Of a stretch of DNA of 64,000 nt, positions 12,430-24,900 are shown piece after piece. Origin of the DNA: Hypanus sabinus (lineage: Eukaryota); assembly GCF_030144855.1 (NCBI RefSeq), contig NC_082707.1, positions 135,966,001-136,030,000 of the forward strand, in the 5' to 3' direction. The position numbers and the translations under genes were made by a program. The notes beneath the pieces were generated by a model that did no database searches, had not been told where the DNA came from, and saw nothing but the letters and a program-made list of their open reading frames with translations. Each line of letters begins with the position of its first letter. The first letter of the stretch is position 1.

Positions 12430-12865
12430 CCAAATACATTCAGCAATGTGATAGTAAGGTTACGGTGAGGCCACCCACTGATTATTCTGTACAGTTTTGG
12501 TCTCATCTAAAATTGGATATATTCACCATAGAAGAAGTGAAGCAAAGATTCACCAGATGGATTTCTGGGATGGCAGCTAGTCATTATGAGAAGAGACTGA
12601 GTGGGCTGTGAAATGCTCATAATTTTAGATGCCTTTGAAAGCAAGGAGGATGTTTTCCCTCAACGAAGAAGGGTGTCACAGTTTCAAAATAAGAAGCAAG
12701 GAGACATTTCTTCACACAGAGGGTAGTGAATCTTTGGAATCATCTGACTTGAGAGCTGTGGATTTATTGTGTTCAAAACAAAGACCTACAGATGTCTGGA
12801 TACTGGAAGAATTAAGGGGTACAAGTAGATTGAAGTGGGCGAATGGCCTATTCTAGTTTCTAATT
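12430..12865 (+). mobile_element. Old CR1 LINE 3' fragment
   Basis: ggtgaggccaccc...tgtacagttttggtctc, ttcttcacacagagggtagtgaatctttggaa (FFTQRVVNLW-like), and a gaatggcct tail. Confidence 0.5.
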
Positions 12866-12939
12866 CTTGTATTCATTAAATAAATGCAATTGTATGTCCC
12901 TCATCTTGGGGACAAGCCCTCTTCTCATTACTAACATCA

Positions 12940-13740
12940 GGAAAGAGACACAGGAGCCTAAAGACTCACACTGAAAATGTTTTAGGAAAACCTTCTTCCC
13001 CTCTGCCATTTTTTTTCCAAATGGGCCATAAATCCATGAACACCATGTCACCATTCCTCTTTTGAACTGTTTATTTATATCTTTATTGGAACATAGTAAT
13101 TTTTTTAATGTCTTGCTCTGTGCTGTTGCCACAAAGCAACATGTTTCATGGCATGTCAGTGATAAACCAGATTCTGATCCTGGAAAGTGTAACTATTTCT
13201 GTCCTTTAACCAATTCTGTGAGTGGCATATCAGGTTAAAGCTCAAAGTACATGTATGTAACCATCTGCAACCCCGAGATTCATTTTCTTGCGGGCATTCA
13301 CAGCAAATACAAGGAAACACGATAGAATCAATGAAAAACCACCCACAACAAGACAAACAACCAATGTGCAAAAGACAATAAATTGCGCAAATACAAAAAA
13401 AAATAATGATATTAAAAGCAGACAGCCTTGTGGTGCATCAGTACCGATGGTGATTGCGGAGGAGATGTTGTTGCCAATCTGAACTGACTGGGGTCTGCAA
13501 GTGAGGAAATTGAAGAAACCAGTTGCACACAGAGGTATTGAGGCTTAGGTCTTGGGGCTCTTGATTAGTTTTGAGGGGATGATAGTACTGAATGCAGACC
13601 TGTAGTCAATGAAGAGCGTCCTGACGTTCACATCTTCACTGTCCGGATGCACTCATTTTGCTGCTGCCATCAGGAGGGAGGTACAGGAGTCTTGGGATCC
13701 CCATCTCCAGGTTCGGGAACAGTTATTACCCCTTGGTGAC
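12940..13740. mobile_element. Cluster of Rex1/Babar-type LINE 3' fragments in both orientations
   Basis: catcaggaaagagacacaggagcct...gattctgat tail on +, a reverse-oriented fragment at ~13215-13650, and ccatcaggagggaggtacaggag...aacagttattaccc on +. Confidence 0.45.
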
Positions 13741-13956
13741 AGATAAGTATTGTTTGAATGTGCAGAGAAGCTTATATTTCACAGCTTTTGGAGTGGCTTT
13801 TTAAACCTATATGTTATACTCATAAGTACATATAAGAATCAGGTTTATTATCACTGTGAAATCTGCTGTTTTATGACAGCAGTACAGTGTAGTACATAAA
13901 GTATTTCTATAAGTTACAAAAAAATATAAATTTGTGCCAAAAAAAGAGCAGCATAG

Positions 13957-14151
13957 TGTTGAGTTCTGGTCATTTGGAATATGTAAGTATTTAGTAAGCA
14001 AGCGCACTCCCCCGTTATGTGTGTGCGCATGGGAGGAGGAAAGGGAATTGTGGGATATAAAGGTGGCAGGCCTCAGGAATTGAACGGAGATGTTGATAGT
14101 AAAGTTGCTTAAACAAATGAAAAATGTGACATTGTTCTTTGGGTGTTAACA
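13957..14151 (+). repeat. 5' LTR of the Copia element
   Basis: TGTTGA...TTAACA; aligns along its length with 18317-18504; contains TATA-like gatataaagg. Confidence 0.88.
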
Positions 14152-17100
14152 GGATAGTTTCCAATTATAGAATGCCACTAGCATTTGATGACAGCAAGCT
14201 TTATGAAAGCTGGAACATGGACTTGTGTTATGGAACTGGAGAGAATGAAGCAAGCCTTGGCTGTTGTGTCATCGTTTTCGGGAAGAGCAAGAGAGTCCAC
14301 GATGGGAATTTTGGTGGAAGACTTGAACAAAGATGACGGTATGAATATGCTCTGTCTTGAATTGACTCTGTTTTTACAAAGAAAAGGATTGGATCTATGA
14401 GGCTTATTCAGACTTCCACAAAATTTATAGACAATTCTAAAAATATGGCTAATTATTATTACTGATTTTGAACAGAAGTACAGGTGCATACATTGAATAT
14501 AAAATGGAACTTTCTGACACTATTAGCTTTTAAATTGTTGGATACTGCATATCTAGGCATACAGGTCAGACAGCTAGTGTTAATTGTATGCAGAGAACTT
14601 ACATTTGCACTTATGAAATCAGCACTGAAGAGGACTTTTGGAGAAAAGGTCACTAAGACAACAGTTGAAATTAGTTTGAATCAGAAAATGGCAAACTTCA
14701 CTGAGAAGAAACAAGCGAATAGCAAGCGTAGGTCCCAGAAGGACCAAATAAGGGTACCATTATCTGGCACAAATCCAATAAACACGTACAGTAGGAGATT
14801 AAAATGTGCGGTATCTCTAAGTATTTATCACTGGGCAAGAAACTGTTGACACAGAAACAAACAAGTTAAGCTAACTGAAGAAAATAACAAATGTTAAGAT
14901 GTAGAAGTGCCATATCACATTGTTTGTGAGGTAATCACTTACTAATGCAGAGATTTCCCAGCCAGAGGTTTTGATGAAGATCTGCTGTTATTGATACAGC
15001 ATGCACACGCACAGTGTGTGGAGAAAAATGGCTTGAAAGCTGTGTAAGTGAACTAAACTGGAATGAAGTGCAGAAACTGGTGAACACAGATACAGCCAGT
15101 TTTGAGGCATTCAAATTTGGTGATGGAAATACTGTATGTTCCACAAAAAGAGTGAAAGTACCCATAAACACAGGGCAGACAAATTGTTACATTGAACAAT
15201 TTAATGGTGGTACCAGTGAACATTCCATTACTCTTGAGTAAATCTTCCCTAAAGGAAGCAGGAGCAGTTACTGGATATGGAGAATGATTCAACAGCCACT
15301 GTCTCTTCAGCTCATCGGCTCCAGATATTACAGTGTGAACATTCCAGATGAAGGTATTACTGAGAATGAATGTGAGAGTGAAGTATTAACTTTCACACAA
15401 AACATGACTATAGATGAGAAAATGTTGTTTGTTTGAACTTCACAAGAAGTTTGGACACGCTTCAATTGATAGACTTCGCAAACTGCTCAAGAGTTCAGGA
15501 AACAAAGATGCAGATTATTTTTCAATTCTAAAATTGACAGCTGTGAGACATGCCAAAAGTTTGGAAAATCCAAACCTAATCCTGCATTTGGTCTGCCACT
15601 AGCATCTGAATACAATGAAACAGTAGCCATAGACCTACATGAACTGCAGCAAGAAGTATGGTATCTCCATATCATTGATAGTTCACACCTTTCAGTGCTG
15701 GTAGCATTGTTAATACAAAGAGACCCTCAGAGATACTGCAGAGAACTTTAACACTGAAACAAAGACAACAGTGGCATATAGTACTTGGAGTAATGGACAT
15801 CTGGAGTGAAACAATCAAACGCTTACAGAAATAATGCTGAAGGTAAAGAAAAGCAAGGGCTATGATTGGAATACAGCCCTGGACTGGGCCCTTATGGTGA
15901 AGAATACCATGTACAATGTATATGGCTACAGCCCGTTATCGATTGCTGTTTGGTCAGAATCCAAACCTTCCCTCTGTACTGGTTGACAGACCACCTGCTC
16001 TAGGTGACCCTACAAGGAGTGATTGGGTTGGGAAACATATTTCAACACTGCATGCAACAAGGAAAGCTTTCACTGAAGCAGAGTGTTCACGGAATTTGAA
16101 GAGCACTGAGGGTACGGGTCCATCCTACAAATGACAAATATGACACAGGGGACAAAGTGTATTACAAAACAGCATACTATACAGAATAGAAAGGTCAGGT
16201 TGGAGTATTCGTGAGACATGGAGGTACAAATGTGGGAGTGTATCATTCTAGACTAGATAAAGCACAAAATGAAGACCATCAGAACACCATGGAGAATGAC
16301 ATAAAAAATGAAAAGCACTTACCAGGAACATGGCCACATAGCACAGACAGGGATGAAGAGAGTGCAGTTGGGGACTCAATAGAGTTGCTCAATGGTGGCA
16401 CAGACAGTGCGGAAGAGAGTGCAGATGGGAACTTAACAGACTTGCCTGAGCAGAAATTATCACAAGTGCAAAGACAACATGGAAGTTTCAGTCTTAAAAC
16501 AGGACAAACTGTGAGATTTGTAGATAGATATTGGTATCTCATACAAGGCTGAAGTCTTAGGTCGAGCAGGCAAAGCCACAGGGAGAAACAAAAGTTGGTA
16601 GAACTTGAATTCCCTAGAACCAGTCATGGACACTGGCACTGCAGAGTCAATTGACATGTCACGTGTTTTCAGACTTCATGTTGAATCAAGTACAGATCAG
16701 GCTGGACTATCTGAGAAATGTCAAGTTGAAGATGTCCTAGTAACTAAGGAGGTGTCTTTTGAATCTGCAAAACAGGATAAAATCAGTAGTTGGAGAAATA
16801 ACGGTGTGTTTGAGGAAGTTAGAGAGATTAGCCAAAAGACAGTGTCTACAAGATGGATGTGCACCCTGAAAGAAACCCCTTCAGGAATTATACCAAAAGC
16901 ACACCTAGTAGCTAGAGCTTTTGAGGAACCGAAATTAGAAGAACTCTGAAAAGACTCACCAATGTATGCATCAGTCTCTCCCACTACTTTTCTCAGTAAT
17001 ATGTTAAAAGAATTGGCAACCCCACCGTATGGACATAAAATCCGCATTCTTACAGGGAATGGACTTGTCACATGACATTTGTATTCAACCCTGCCTGAAG

Positions 17101-18316
17101 CCAGAAGTGAAAGAACACTGTGGAAACTCAGGAAGTGTGTGTATGGTCTAACAAATGCATCACTCTACTGGTATAAAAGGGTCAAGGAAATAATGCTAAA
17201 AACAGATGGAAAGATGTCACAAGTGGATCCAGCTGTGTCTTACCGGTAGATTCAGGATTTCATGTGATTGGAGTATTTACCTGTCCTGTAGATGACCTCA
17301 GAGGGGAGGCTCACAAAACTTTGCCACGAAGGTTATCTCTCAGCTAAAGTCAGACTTTCAGGTTGGACAGGATGAATGTGCTATGCAGGGATAGGATCCC
17401 TTGCTGTCGACAGAACAGTAGAACTGGACAAGGAAAGCTTCTTCAGACAATCTGCATTGAATCCTACTGTGCCACACAATGGGAGGCACCCCTCAGTGAA
17501 AGATGGGCCAGATTCTATGGGTGGAAAGACACGGCACACCTGACATTATGTTTGAAGCCTGCAACTTGGCATCCAGCAGAAAAAATGCCACAGTATATAT
17601 TTTAGGAGAGGCAAACAAGATAGTGCACAGAATTTAATCTGAAAGTGTAGCCTGGAAGTTTCAACAGCTTGGAAAAGATAACTCACTGAGACATGTTGTC
17701 TTCGGTGATGCCTCACTCTGAAATCCTTCTGATGGAGGGATTCATGGGGGATATTTTATTGTACTGATGGGAGAAGGAAGATTTTCATCCCTCTGTTGGG
17801 AATCAAAAAGGATCTGAAGAGTTGTAAGGAGTACGCTGGCAGGAGAAACCCTGGCAATGTCTGAAGGCATTGACAATGCTGATTTTCTGGCCACACTCTA
17901 TTCTGAGCTTTTCCATAGTGACCCAAAGAAGAACAGTCTACAAATAACTTGTGTCACAGATGAAACTACTCTTTGGTTGATGCCATCAAATCCACTAGTC
18001 AGTTACAGAGAAGAGGCTTCATCTAGAGATAAGCAGTATCAAAGAACTTGTCCAAGCATTGAGAATTCATCACGTGCTATGGTCAACTACAAAGGAGCAA
18101 CTAGCTGACTGTCTCACAAAGAAGGGAGCTCCAGCTCTTGAGTTGTTAAAGGCACTTGGTGAAGGCATTTGGTACCTTGAGAATTGTATTAACATCAAGG
18201 GTTAGAACTATTTCTCATATCCCAATGGACATTCAAATTGTTTGGACATTTGAACTGTCTTTAAATTTATTTTCAAATTTGAAGTTTGTAACATATACAT
18301 AAAAAATATGGGAGAT

Positions 18317-18504
18317 TGTTGACTCCTGTTCACTTGAACTATGTAAATAATTAGTACATATGCGTACTCTCCGTTTTGCATGTGGGAGGACGAGAGAGAA
18401 TTGTGGGATGTAAAGGTGGTGGCCCTCAGGTATTGAATGGAGACATTGAAAGTAAAGTTGTTTAAATAAAAGAAAAACTTGTCCTAGTTGTTTGGGCGTT
18501 AATA
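18317..18504 (+). repeat. 3' LTR of the Copia element
   Basis: TGTTGA...TTAATA (CA decayed), preceded by the purine-rich aaaaaatatgggaga (PPT-like), contains aataaa, and is followed by the TSD catag. Confidence 0.88.
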
Positions 18505-18509
18505 CATAG

Positions 18510-18750
18510 CAAGATAGTGTTCATAGACCACTCAGAAATCTGATGCCAGAGGGGAAGATGCTGTTCTTAAAATATTGAGTGTGTGTCTTCAGGTTCGTGT
18601 ATTGAGAAGAGGTCATGTCCTGAATAGTGAGGGTCCTTAATGATGGATGTCTTTGCAATGCCTTTTGAATATGTCCTCTTCAATGGGGAAGCTCATGTTC
18701 ATGATGGAGCTGGCTGAGTCTAAAAACTTCTGCAGCTTTTTCTATCCTGA
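18510..18750 (-). mobile_element. Rex1/Babar-type 3' fragment; appears to continue from ~13835-13951 and to have been split by the Copia insertion
   Basis: gatgccagaggggaagatgctgttc...tcttcagg...gggtccttaatgatggatg is the reverse complement of the Rex-type end seen at 1200-1350. Confidence 0.5.
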
Positions 18751-18794
18751 TATACATGCATGCTCTTAATGATCGTTATGGAATGTTTAAAAAG

Positions 18795-18927
18795 CAAACA
18801 CAAGGAAATCTGCAGATGCTGGAAATTCAAGCAACACACACAAAATGCTGGTGGAATGCAGCAGGCCAGGCAGCATCTATAGGGAGAAGCACAGTCGACG
18901 TTTCGGGCTGAGACCCTTTGTCAGGAA
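18795..18927 (-). mobile_element. Short Penelope-terminus insertion carrying a hammerhead-like motif
   Basis: Near-identical reverse complement of 48332-48425 (the Penelope 3' terminus). Confidence 0.75.
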
Positions 18928-19619
18928 TGTTTGGAGGGGTGTTCTCTTCTACTGACCTACTCTTTCCATCCCATTAGTAGTATATTTGACATGATAATTA
19001 TTCACAGGAGAAGAGAAAATGTTAATAAATAAATAAAGTGTGAAATAAAGGTATGTAGGATGACTCATGTCTTTAAATCGTCAAATAGACTGATGAATCC
19101 AAATTTAACATCTAAATGATTTACAGCACATAATGGGGCCATTCTACCCTTCATTTCCATGCTGGCCAAAGGATTCAGTATTCTAGCTTCCCTGGCCTTG
19201 ATAAGTGACAGTGCCTCAAGTACTCTTCCACGTCCTCTTTAAATATATTAGGAAGTTCTCCCTCTACCAACTTTATTAGTAGCAACATTCATACCAAAAA
19301 TTTCCCTAATGCCCTTTTCATCCTTTTACCCAATAGTTCATATGTATGTCTCGTTGTGATTGTTCTCTTGATGAAAATGGTCTCCCCATACACTCTGTGT
19401 CTCCATGGGGTTTCCGCAATATCGCCATGTTTGAGTCTCCATGGAGTTTCAGCACCTTGATTAAATCTTTTCTCAACTTCTTATATTCTGTAGAAAATAA
19501 TCTCAGTCTAGCCAATATCGCCTCAAAGTGAAAAGTTTTCAACTCTCACAATATTGGTAAAACTTCTCTGCATGGTCTTTCGTGCTATCAGATCCTTGCA
19601 TATCAGACTCTTTTAGAGA

Positions 19620-21210
19620 GACTGAGGAAGGCTAAACAGTGGATAAGGCATAAATGCAGTCAGTTTGATGGGTTGAAATGTGACTATTTTAATGCAGGAA
19701 GTATCAGGGAAATGGTGATGAATTTAGAGCATAGGTTAGTACATGAAACTGCAACATCCTGGCCATTACAGATATTTGGCTGACACAAGGGCAGGAATGG
19801 CTGCTGGACATTTCAGGGTTTAGATATTTTAAAAGGTACAGGGAGGGAGAAGAGATGGGGGAGTTGCATTGCTAATCATGGATAGTAAGACAGCTGCAGA
19901 AAGGGAGGACATCATGGATGGGTTGTCTACTGAGTCAGTATGGGTAGAATTTAGAAACAAGAAGGGAGCAGTCACTCTATTGGGCTATTCTATAGACCCA
20001 ATTGCAACAGAGACACTGAGGAGCAGATTGGGAAGCTGTGGTGAACTACATATACCTGTCTGGACATGCCCCCCCACCCCCACTAACTGCTCCTGTGGCT
20101 CCTCCCACAGACCCCTGTATAAAGGTGATTGGAGGCACTGCTCCTCCCGCAGTCTTCAGGATGTTGTGTGGTGGTCTCTTGCTGCTGACAGTGCATTCTT
20201 CCAGCTAATAAAAGCCCATCTCGACTCACGTCTCCGAGAGTTATTGATGGTGCATCAGAAGCAGATTTTGGAAAGGTGAAAAATAACATGTTTGTTGTTA
20301 TGGGTGACCGTAACTTCCCTCATATTGACTGGCACCTCCTTAGTCCAATAGACTTACCTAATTATTGCCCGTCACACTGCTGGCATTTAGGGCAGCATTG
20401 ATGGTTCCTCTTGGTCTTGGCATTGTTCAGTGTTTCCTTCATCTTACCAGTAACTTTCTCTTGGTTATCACTACGGTCAGCCCTTAATAGTTTTGCTAAA
20501 CAGAGAGATCTTGGGATCCAAGTTCATAGCTCTTTGAAAGCGGCTACACAGGTCCACAAGGTGGTTAAGAGGGCTATGCAATGCTTGCTTTTATTAGTCG
20601 AGGCTTTGCGTTCAGAAGTCAGGAAGTTAGGTTGCAACTTTATAAAACTCTGGTCAGGCTACATCTGGAGTATTGTAAACAGTTCTGGTCACCCTACTAA
20701 AGAAAATACGTTGAGGTTTTGGAGAGACTGCAGAAGAGGTTTACCAAGATGCTGCCTGGTTTAGAGGGCACGTGCTACCACGAGAGGCTGGATAAACTTG
20801 GGTTGTTTTCTCTTGGAGCGTCAGAGGCTGAGGGGAGATCTGATAAAGATCTACAAGATTATGAGAGGCAAAGATAGAGTGGACAGAGAGTATTGATTTC
20901 CCATGGTTGAAATGTCTAATACCAGAGTGGGCATTAAGGTAACAGAGGATAGGTTCATCAGGGATGTAAAGGGTAAGTTTTTCCTCAGATAGTTGTGGAT
21001 GGCCAGAATGTGCTGCCTGGTATGGTGGTGGAGCAAGTACATCAGAGGCTTTTAAGAGACGTTTGTATAGGCACATAAATGAGAGGAAGATGGAGGGATA
21101 TGGACATGGTGTAGGTAGAAGAGATTAGTGTTTGGGTGTTTTCGATTTGTTTTTTAGCTGATACGGCACAATATTGAGGGCCAAATGGCGTGCTGTACTG
21201 TTCTAAGTTC
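19620..21210 (+). mobile_element. CR1 LINE, fragmented (APE endonuclease region plus RT C-terminus)
   Basis: YFNAGSI, AITD.WL, STESVWVEFRNKKGAVTLLG, MGD.NFP.IDW; then QRDLGIQVHSSLK, HLEYC and a CR1 3' tail. Confidence 0.75.
20037..20257 (+). mobile_element. Solo LTR (221 bp) inserted in the CR1 endonuclease region
   Basis: TGTGGTG...GCATCA termini, 5-bp TSD gaagc (20032-20036 and 20258-20262), internal TATAAA (~20118) and AATAAA (~20207). The CR1 sequence resumes after the TSD. Confidence 0.85.
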
Positions 21211-21979
21211 TATTATACGTTGCTATTCTGAAAAAAACATCAAACCAGCACTAACATTAATATTGTGCAGTACCTGTGAAATCAACTGATTGTAATTTAG
21301 TGCTTAAAAAACATGGAGATTGTAATCCAGTGAGGGAAATATTGCCACTTGCAAATCAATAATATATCGATTGCAATCCTACAAGAAATTCCAATTGCAA
21401 TCTTACAAAAAGTTCAGAGTGCAAACCTATGATATTTTGATGCAATCCAACAATATTTTGATTGCAGTGCTAGTGATAAAAAGTACATGCAAATTAAGTT
21501 TTACATGAGATTAAACTGAGACAATGCCAAAGTTGAGAAACCTACTACACGAAAAGGGGGAGCTGAATCTCCAGTAATGTGTGAACAGATGATTGATGGT
21601 TTGAGTTCTTACCCAAAGAAAATGTTTCAATTTGATAAGAAAATATCTGAATGAAGTATACCATCAATGTAGAGTTGATAAAGAAGGCACGTCATAAGAC
21701 CTTGAGAATGCCTGAGGAAAAGAGCAAACTTGGATAGGGTAACTGTTTTATCACAGTTAAAGATACAAACATGTGGTCAGTCTGAACAAGTGAAGAAGTT
21801 TGCTGATCAATTGGGAGAGAAATGTGAAACGTTTGGTAAACTACAAAAACAGTAAAAAGTCTAAAAGCAAATATTTGCACTAACTGAACAAGTGAATAAA
21901 CAACATTGGTATAATCGAATCTAAGGGTATTGTATGGAGCTAAGAAATAAACTGAAGCAGTATCAGAAAGTCCAGCAAC

Positions 21980-24900
21980 CCCTGACATCTCCTTTGTATC
22001 TACTTCCAAGTGCCCTAAAACTGTGCCCTCTCATATTAGCAATTTCAGCCCTGGGAAAAAGCCTCTCACTATCCATATGATCAATACCTCTCATTTTATA
22101 CTCCTTTATCAGGTCACCTCTCATCCTCCATCACTCCAAGGAGAAAAGAACGAGTTCACTCAACCTATTCTCATAAGGCTCCCCACTCCAGGTAACATCC
22201 TTATAAATCTACCCTGTACCCTTTCTATAGTTTCCATATCCTTCCTGTAGTGAGGTGACCAGAACTGAGCACAGTACTCCAAGTGGGGTCCTATATAGCT
22301 GAAAGATTACCTGTCAGCTCTTGGACTCAATCCCATGGTTGATGAATACCAATACATCGTATGCTTTCTTTACACACAGTCAATCTGTGCAGCAGCTTTG
22401 AAAGTTCAATGGATTCAGACCCCAAGATCCCTCTGATCCTCCACTCTGCCAAGAGTCTTACCATTAATAATGTATCCCGCCATCATATTTGACCTACCAA
22501 AATGAAGCACCTCACACTTACCTGGGTTGAGCTCCATCTGCCCTCTCTGCCCAGTTTTGCATCCTATCGATGTCCCGCTGTAACATCTGACAGCTCTCCA
22601 CACTAAAAACAACACCCCCAACTTTTGTGTCATCAGCAAAATTACTAACCCATCTCTCCACTTCCTCATTCAAGTCATTTATAAAAATAACAAAAAGTAG
22701 GGGGTTCCAGAACAGATCCCTTAAGCACAGCACTGGTCACCAACCTCCATGCAGAATATGACCTGTCTACAACAATTCTTTGCCTTCTGTGCGCAAGCCA
22801 GTTCTGGATCCACAAAGCAAGGTCCCCTTGAATCTCATATCTCCTTATTTTCTCAATAAGCCTTGCATGGGCCACCTTATCAAACACCTTGCTGAAATCT
22901 ATATACATTATATCCACTGCTCTACCTTCATCAATGTGTTTAGTCACATCCTCAAAAAATTTCAATCAGGCTCATAAGACATGACCTGCCTTTGACAAAG
23001 CCATGCTGACTATTCCTAATCATATTATACCTCTCCAAATGTTCATAAATCCTGCCTTTCAGGATCTTCTCCATCAACTTACCAACCACTGAAGTAACTA
23101 AGACTCATTGGTCTACGAGTTCCTGCGCTATTTCTACTCCCCTTCTTGAATAAGAGAACAACATCTGCAATCCTTCAATCCTCCGGAACCTCTCCCATCC
23201 CAACAAACATCATTGCCAGAGGCTCAACAATCTCCTCCCTCACTTCCCACAGAAGCCTGGGGTATATCTCGTCCAGTCCCGGTGACTTAGTCAACTTGAT
23301 GCTCTCCAAAAGCTCCAGCACATCCTCTTCCTTAATGTCTATATGCTCAAGCTTTTCAGTCTGCTATAAGTCATCCCTACAATGGCCAAGGTCCTTTTCC
23401 ATAGTAAATACTGAGGCAAAGTATTCATTAAATATCTCTGTTTGATCCTTTGGCTACATACACACTTTTCCACTGTCACACCAGATTGGTCCTATTATCT
23501 CATGTTTTATCCTCTCGCTCTTCACATATTTGTAGAATGCCTTGGGGTTTTCCTTAATCCTGCTCAGCAAGGCCTTCTCATACCCCCTTCTGGCTCTCCT
23601 AATTTCATTCTTAAACTCCTTCCTACTAGTCTTATAAATTTCCAGATCTCTATCATTACCTAGCTTTTTGAACCTTTCATAAGACTTTCTTTTCTTCTTG
23701 ACTAGATTTTCAACAACCTTTGTCCACCACGGTTCCTGTACCCTACCATCCTTTTCCTCATTGGAACGTACCTATGTAGAAGGCCACACAAATATCCCCT
23801 GAATATTTGCCACATTTCTGCCATATATTTCCCTGAGAACATTTGTTCCCAATTTATACTTCCAAATTCATGAGTGATAGCTTCATATTTCTCCTTACTC
23901 CAATTAAATGTTTTCCTATCTAGTTTGTTCCTATCCCTCTCCAATGCCATGGTAAAGGAGATAGAATTGTGATCACTATATCCAAAATGTTCTCCCACTG
24001 AGAGACCTGACACCTGACCAGGTTAATTTCACAATACCAGGTCAAGTACAGCCTCTCTTCTTGTAGGTTTGTCTACATACAGTGTCAGGATATCTTCCTG
24101 AACACACCTAACCAACTCCACTCCATCTAAACCCCTTGCTCTAGGGAGATGCCAATCAATATTGGAAAAATTAAAATCTCCCATCACGACAACTCTGTTC
24201 TTATTACACCTTTCCAGGATCTATCTCCCTATCTGCTCCTCGATGTCCTTGCTGCAATTGGGTGGTTTATAATAAAACACCCAGTAGAGTTATTGACACC
24301 TTCCTGTTTCTAACTTCCACCCACAGAGACTCTGTAGACAATCCCTCCATGTCTTCCTCCTTTTCTGCAGCTGTGACACTATCTCTGATCAACAGTGCAA
24401 TGCCCCCACCTCTTTTGCCTCCCTCCCTGTCCTCTCTGAAACATCTAAAGCCTGGCACTCTAAGTAACCATTCCTGCCCCGGAACCATCCAAGTCTCTGT
24501 AATGGCCACAACATCATAGCTCGAAGTACTGATCCACACACTAGGCTCATCTGCTTTGTTCATGATACTCCTTGCATTAAAATAGACAGTCTGAGCGCAT
24601 TCTTTCTCTATCACCTGCCTATCCTCCCTCTCACACTGTCTACAAGCTTTCTCTATTTGTGAGCCAACCGCCCCTTCCTCTGTCTCTTTAGTTTTGTTTC
24701 CATCCCCCCATCAATTCTAGTTTAAACTCTCCCCAAGAGCTTTAGCAAACCTCCCCGCCAGGATATTGGTCCCCCTTGGATTCAAGTGCAACCCTTCGTT
24801 TTAGTACAGGTCACACCTGCCCAGAAGCGGTCCCAATGATCCAGAAATCTGAATCCATACCTCTTGCTCCAATTCCTCAACCACGCATTTATCCTCCACC

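Larger units (their letters stand above)
13957..18504 (+). mobile_element. Complete but decayed Ty1/Copia LTR retrotransposon (GalEa-like)
   Basis: Two ~190-bp LTRs are flanked by an identical 5-bp TSD, catag (13952-13956 and 18505-18509). Domains follow Copia order. Gag with degenerate knuckle CAVSLSIYHWARNC (~14810); protease AVIDTACTRTVCG (~14990); integrase LHKKFGHAS..CETCQ..VAIDL (~15440-15640). RT follows: STRW..KAHLVARAFEE, DIKSAFLQG, WKLRKCVYGL (16760-17300). RNase H: FGDAS, STLAGETLA, QLADCLTK (17695-18125). Many stops and frameshifts. Confidence 0.92.

Noticed and set aside
21500-21980. Purine-rich, coding-like stretch with a duplicated ctgaacaagtgaa
   Set aside because: Multiple stops and no recognisable motif, so it cannot be assigned.
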